Sequence record: PP449093.1
DNA: 64,000 nt
Strand: one strand, 5' to 3'
Source: Escherichia coli phage phiS
Shown here: positions 62,822 to 64,000 of the stretch, piece by piece
Numbering within the stretch: position 1 is the stretch's first letter
Layout of the letters: each line of letters starts with the position of its first letter
Made by a program: the position numbers and the translations under genes
The notes under the pieces: model-generated
Told to the model about the DNA's origin: nothing
What the model saw: only the letters and a program-made list of their open reading frames with translations
The model's database searches: none

Positions 62822-63403
62822 ATGATTCAATGTGTATTTGCGATTGGTGACACTAAAATGTCGGATGAAAATTGGGCGTTTGGTTTTAAAGGCGGCTTAC
62901 CGTGGGGTCGTCCAATCAAAAAGGATATGGAAAACTTTAAAATGCGCACTATGGGAGATGTTGATCTTGCGGCGGTGGTAATGGGACGTAATACCTTTGA
63001 AAGTCTCCCTAAAGCACTGGAAGGTCGTGTGAATGTGGTTGTTAGCACCGATACCAGTAAGCCAGCACCGAAAGCAAAAAACGGCGACCAACCAGATGTG
63101 TATACCGCGATTACTAATGATGGTGGATTGAAGGAATTATTAGAAGTCATAGAGAAATTGCAAGGTTTGGTAAGCGTTATTGGTGGACCTTCCCTGATTG
63201 AAAAAGCAGTTGACTTTGCGGACCGTATTGTGTTAACGTATGTTCAACGTTCAGGGATCAACGATCCATTTGAATATGATGTTGGTATATCTAAGGAAAT
63301 GATTCAGGAATTGTATTTTGACTTTGTAACCAAAGAAGAACATAATTACTTCCTTGATAATTACCTGATCAGCGAACAAATTTTAGAACGTAAGAAGGCG
63401 TAA
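62822..63403 (+). CDS. frd: Dihydrofolate reductase
   Basis: AFGFKGGLPWGRPIKKDMENFKMRT, VVMGRNTFESLP and VIGGPSL are DHFR hallmarks. Start moved to ATG 62822. Confidence 0.85.
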   Translation: MIQCVFAIGDTKMSDENWAFGFKGGLPWGRPIKKDMENFKMRTMGDVDLAAVVMGRNTFESLPKALEGRVNVVVSTDTSKPAPKAKNGDQPDVYTAITNDGGLKELLEVIEKLQGLVSVIGGPSLIEKAVDFADRIVLTYVQRSGINDPFEYDVGISKEMIQELYFDFVTKEEHNYFLDNYLISEQILERKKA

Positions 63404-63404
63404 C

Positions 63405-63497
63405 ATGAAAATTCTGACAGATTATGAGTGCAAACATTGTGGTGAATCTTTGATGTTTGCTGGTAGTCGGTGCTTACATTGCGGACGGGAGCAATAA
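63405..63497 (+). CDS. Small zinc-ribbon peptide (30 aa)
   Basis: My own translation: MKILTDYECKHCGESLMFAGSRCLHCGREQ. Confidence 0.3.
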   Translation: MKILTDYECKHCGESLMFAGSRCLHCGREQ

Positions 63498-63766
63498 TGA
63501 AAGTCGGTATTATTCAATTATGGACGGCTACCAGTGAAAACTACGCAGTAGCCGTAGATTATTACGGGTTACAATATCTCTATGATGAAGCTAAAGCGTC
63601 ATGGCTTCCAGTACAGGAAAATAGCGACATTTCAAGACCTGTTACTGTATTCGATCCTGGAGTTGTCTTTATCGATATTGACGAGACAGTAGCAAAACTG
63701 CGTAAGAAAGCAATCAACAAGAAAAAGGTGATGTGGGATGAAAGAATATTTGAAACTGTTGCGTGA
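63497..63766 (+). CDS. Hypothetical protein (89 aa)
   Basis: ATGA overlap with the upstream stop; start moved from the track's 63470. Confidence 0.45.
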   Translation: MKVGIIQLWTATSENYAVAVDYYGLQYLYDEAKASWLPVQENSDISRPVTVFDPGVVFIDIDETVAKLRKKAINKKKVMWDERIFETVA

Positions 63767-64000
63767 TGTTCTTGATAATGGCTGGCCTCGTGAAGACCGA
63801 ACTGGGGTAGGTACGCTCTCTAAATTCGGCGCAGAGATGCGAATTGATTTAAGCAAGGGTTTCCCATTACTGACCACTAAAAAGATGGCTACAGCCTCTG
63901 TAATTGGCGAATTGCTATGGTTTATGGAGGGATCACTTGACCGCCGTCGCTTACAGGAAATTACACGCGGCAAGTTTGACGAAGAAGCCTTCGACATTTG
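63738..64000 (+). CDS. td: Thymidylate synthase, N-terminal fragment (continues beyond window)
   Basis: MKEYLKLLRDVLDNGWPREDRTGVGTLSKFGAEMRIDLSKGFPLLTTKKM is a ThyA N-terminus; follows frd as in T4. Confidence 0.85.
   Translation, partial: MKEYLKLLRDVLDNGWPREDRTGVGTLSKFGAEMRIDLSKGFPLLTTKKMATASVIGELLWFMEGSLDRRRLQEITRGKFDEEAFDI

Noticed and set aside
63632-63997. Minus-strand ORF (121 aa) at the window end
   Set aside because: It overlaps the thymidylate synthase N-terminus, which is clearly coding on the plus strand.
1-64000. CRISPR arrays, tRNA genes, integrase or attachment sites
   Set aside because: No regularly spaced direct repeats, no cloverleaf-like candidates that I could recognise by eye, and no integrase or recombinase ORF. 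The gene content is that of a strictly lytic T4-like phage. The tRNA absence is by eye only and should be confirmed with tRNAscan-SE.

Overview
This window is a contiguous segment of a T4-like (Tevenvirinae-type) myophage genome, in reverse-complement orientation relative to the conventional T4 map. Assignments rest on my reading of the six-frame translations against remembered T4 protein sequences and on T4 gene order; no database search was run. Plus strand, in order: the 3' part of a group I intron with a homing-endonuclease ORF inside nrdD, nrdD exon 2, nrdG, a tandem paralog family, nrdC, gene 55, 47, 46, 45, 44, 62, regA, 43, uvsX, 41, 61, a 56-like dCTPase, dda, dexA, an unsplit 39 (39+60 fused), rIIA, rIIB and 52. 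A cluster of about 14 small early ORFs follows. The late lysis and long-tail-fibre block t-38-37-36-35-34 is on the minus strand. The plus strand then resumes with rnh, dsbA-like, 33, 59, 32, frd and the start of td. Intergenic regions carry sigma70-like early promoters, several with a stem-loop in the spacer, conserved leader cassettes, intrinsic terminators and two TATAAATA late promoters. The window is rich in mobile genes: three HNH-AP2 paralogs, an HNH-motif protein and a zinc-finger GIY-YIG-like gene. The most unusual candidates are a CYTH-like protein between rnh and dsbA, a five-repeat paralog family between nrdG and nrdC, an ORF with an in-frame TAA at codon 7 near gene 39, and a secreted DUF1311 (LprI-like) protein. 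Coordinates of regulatory elements and of CDS absent from the ORF track are approximate (about +/-3 nt).
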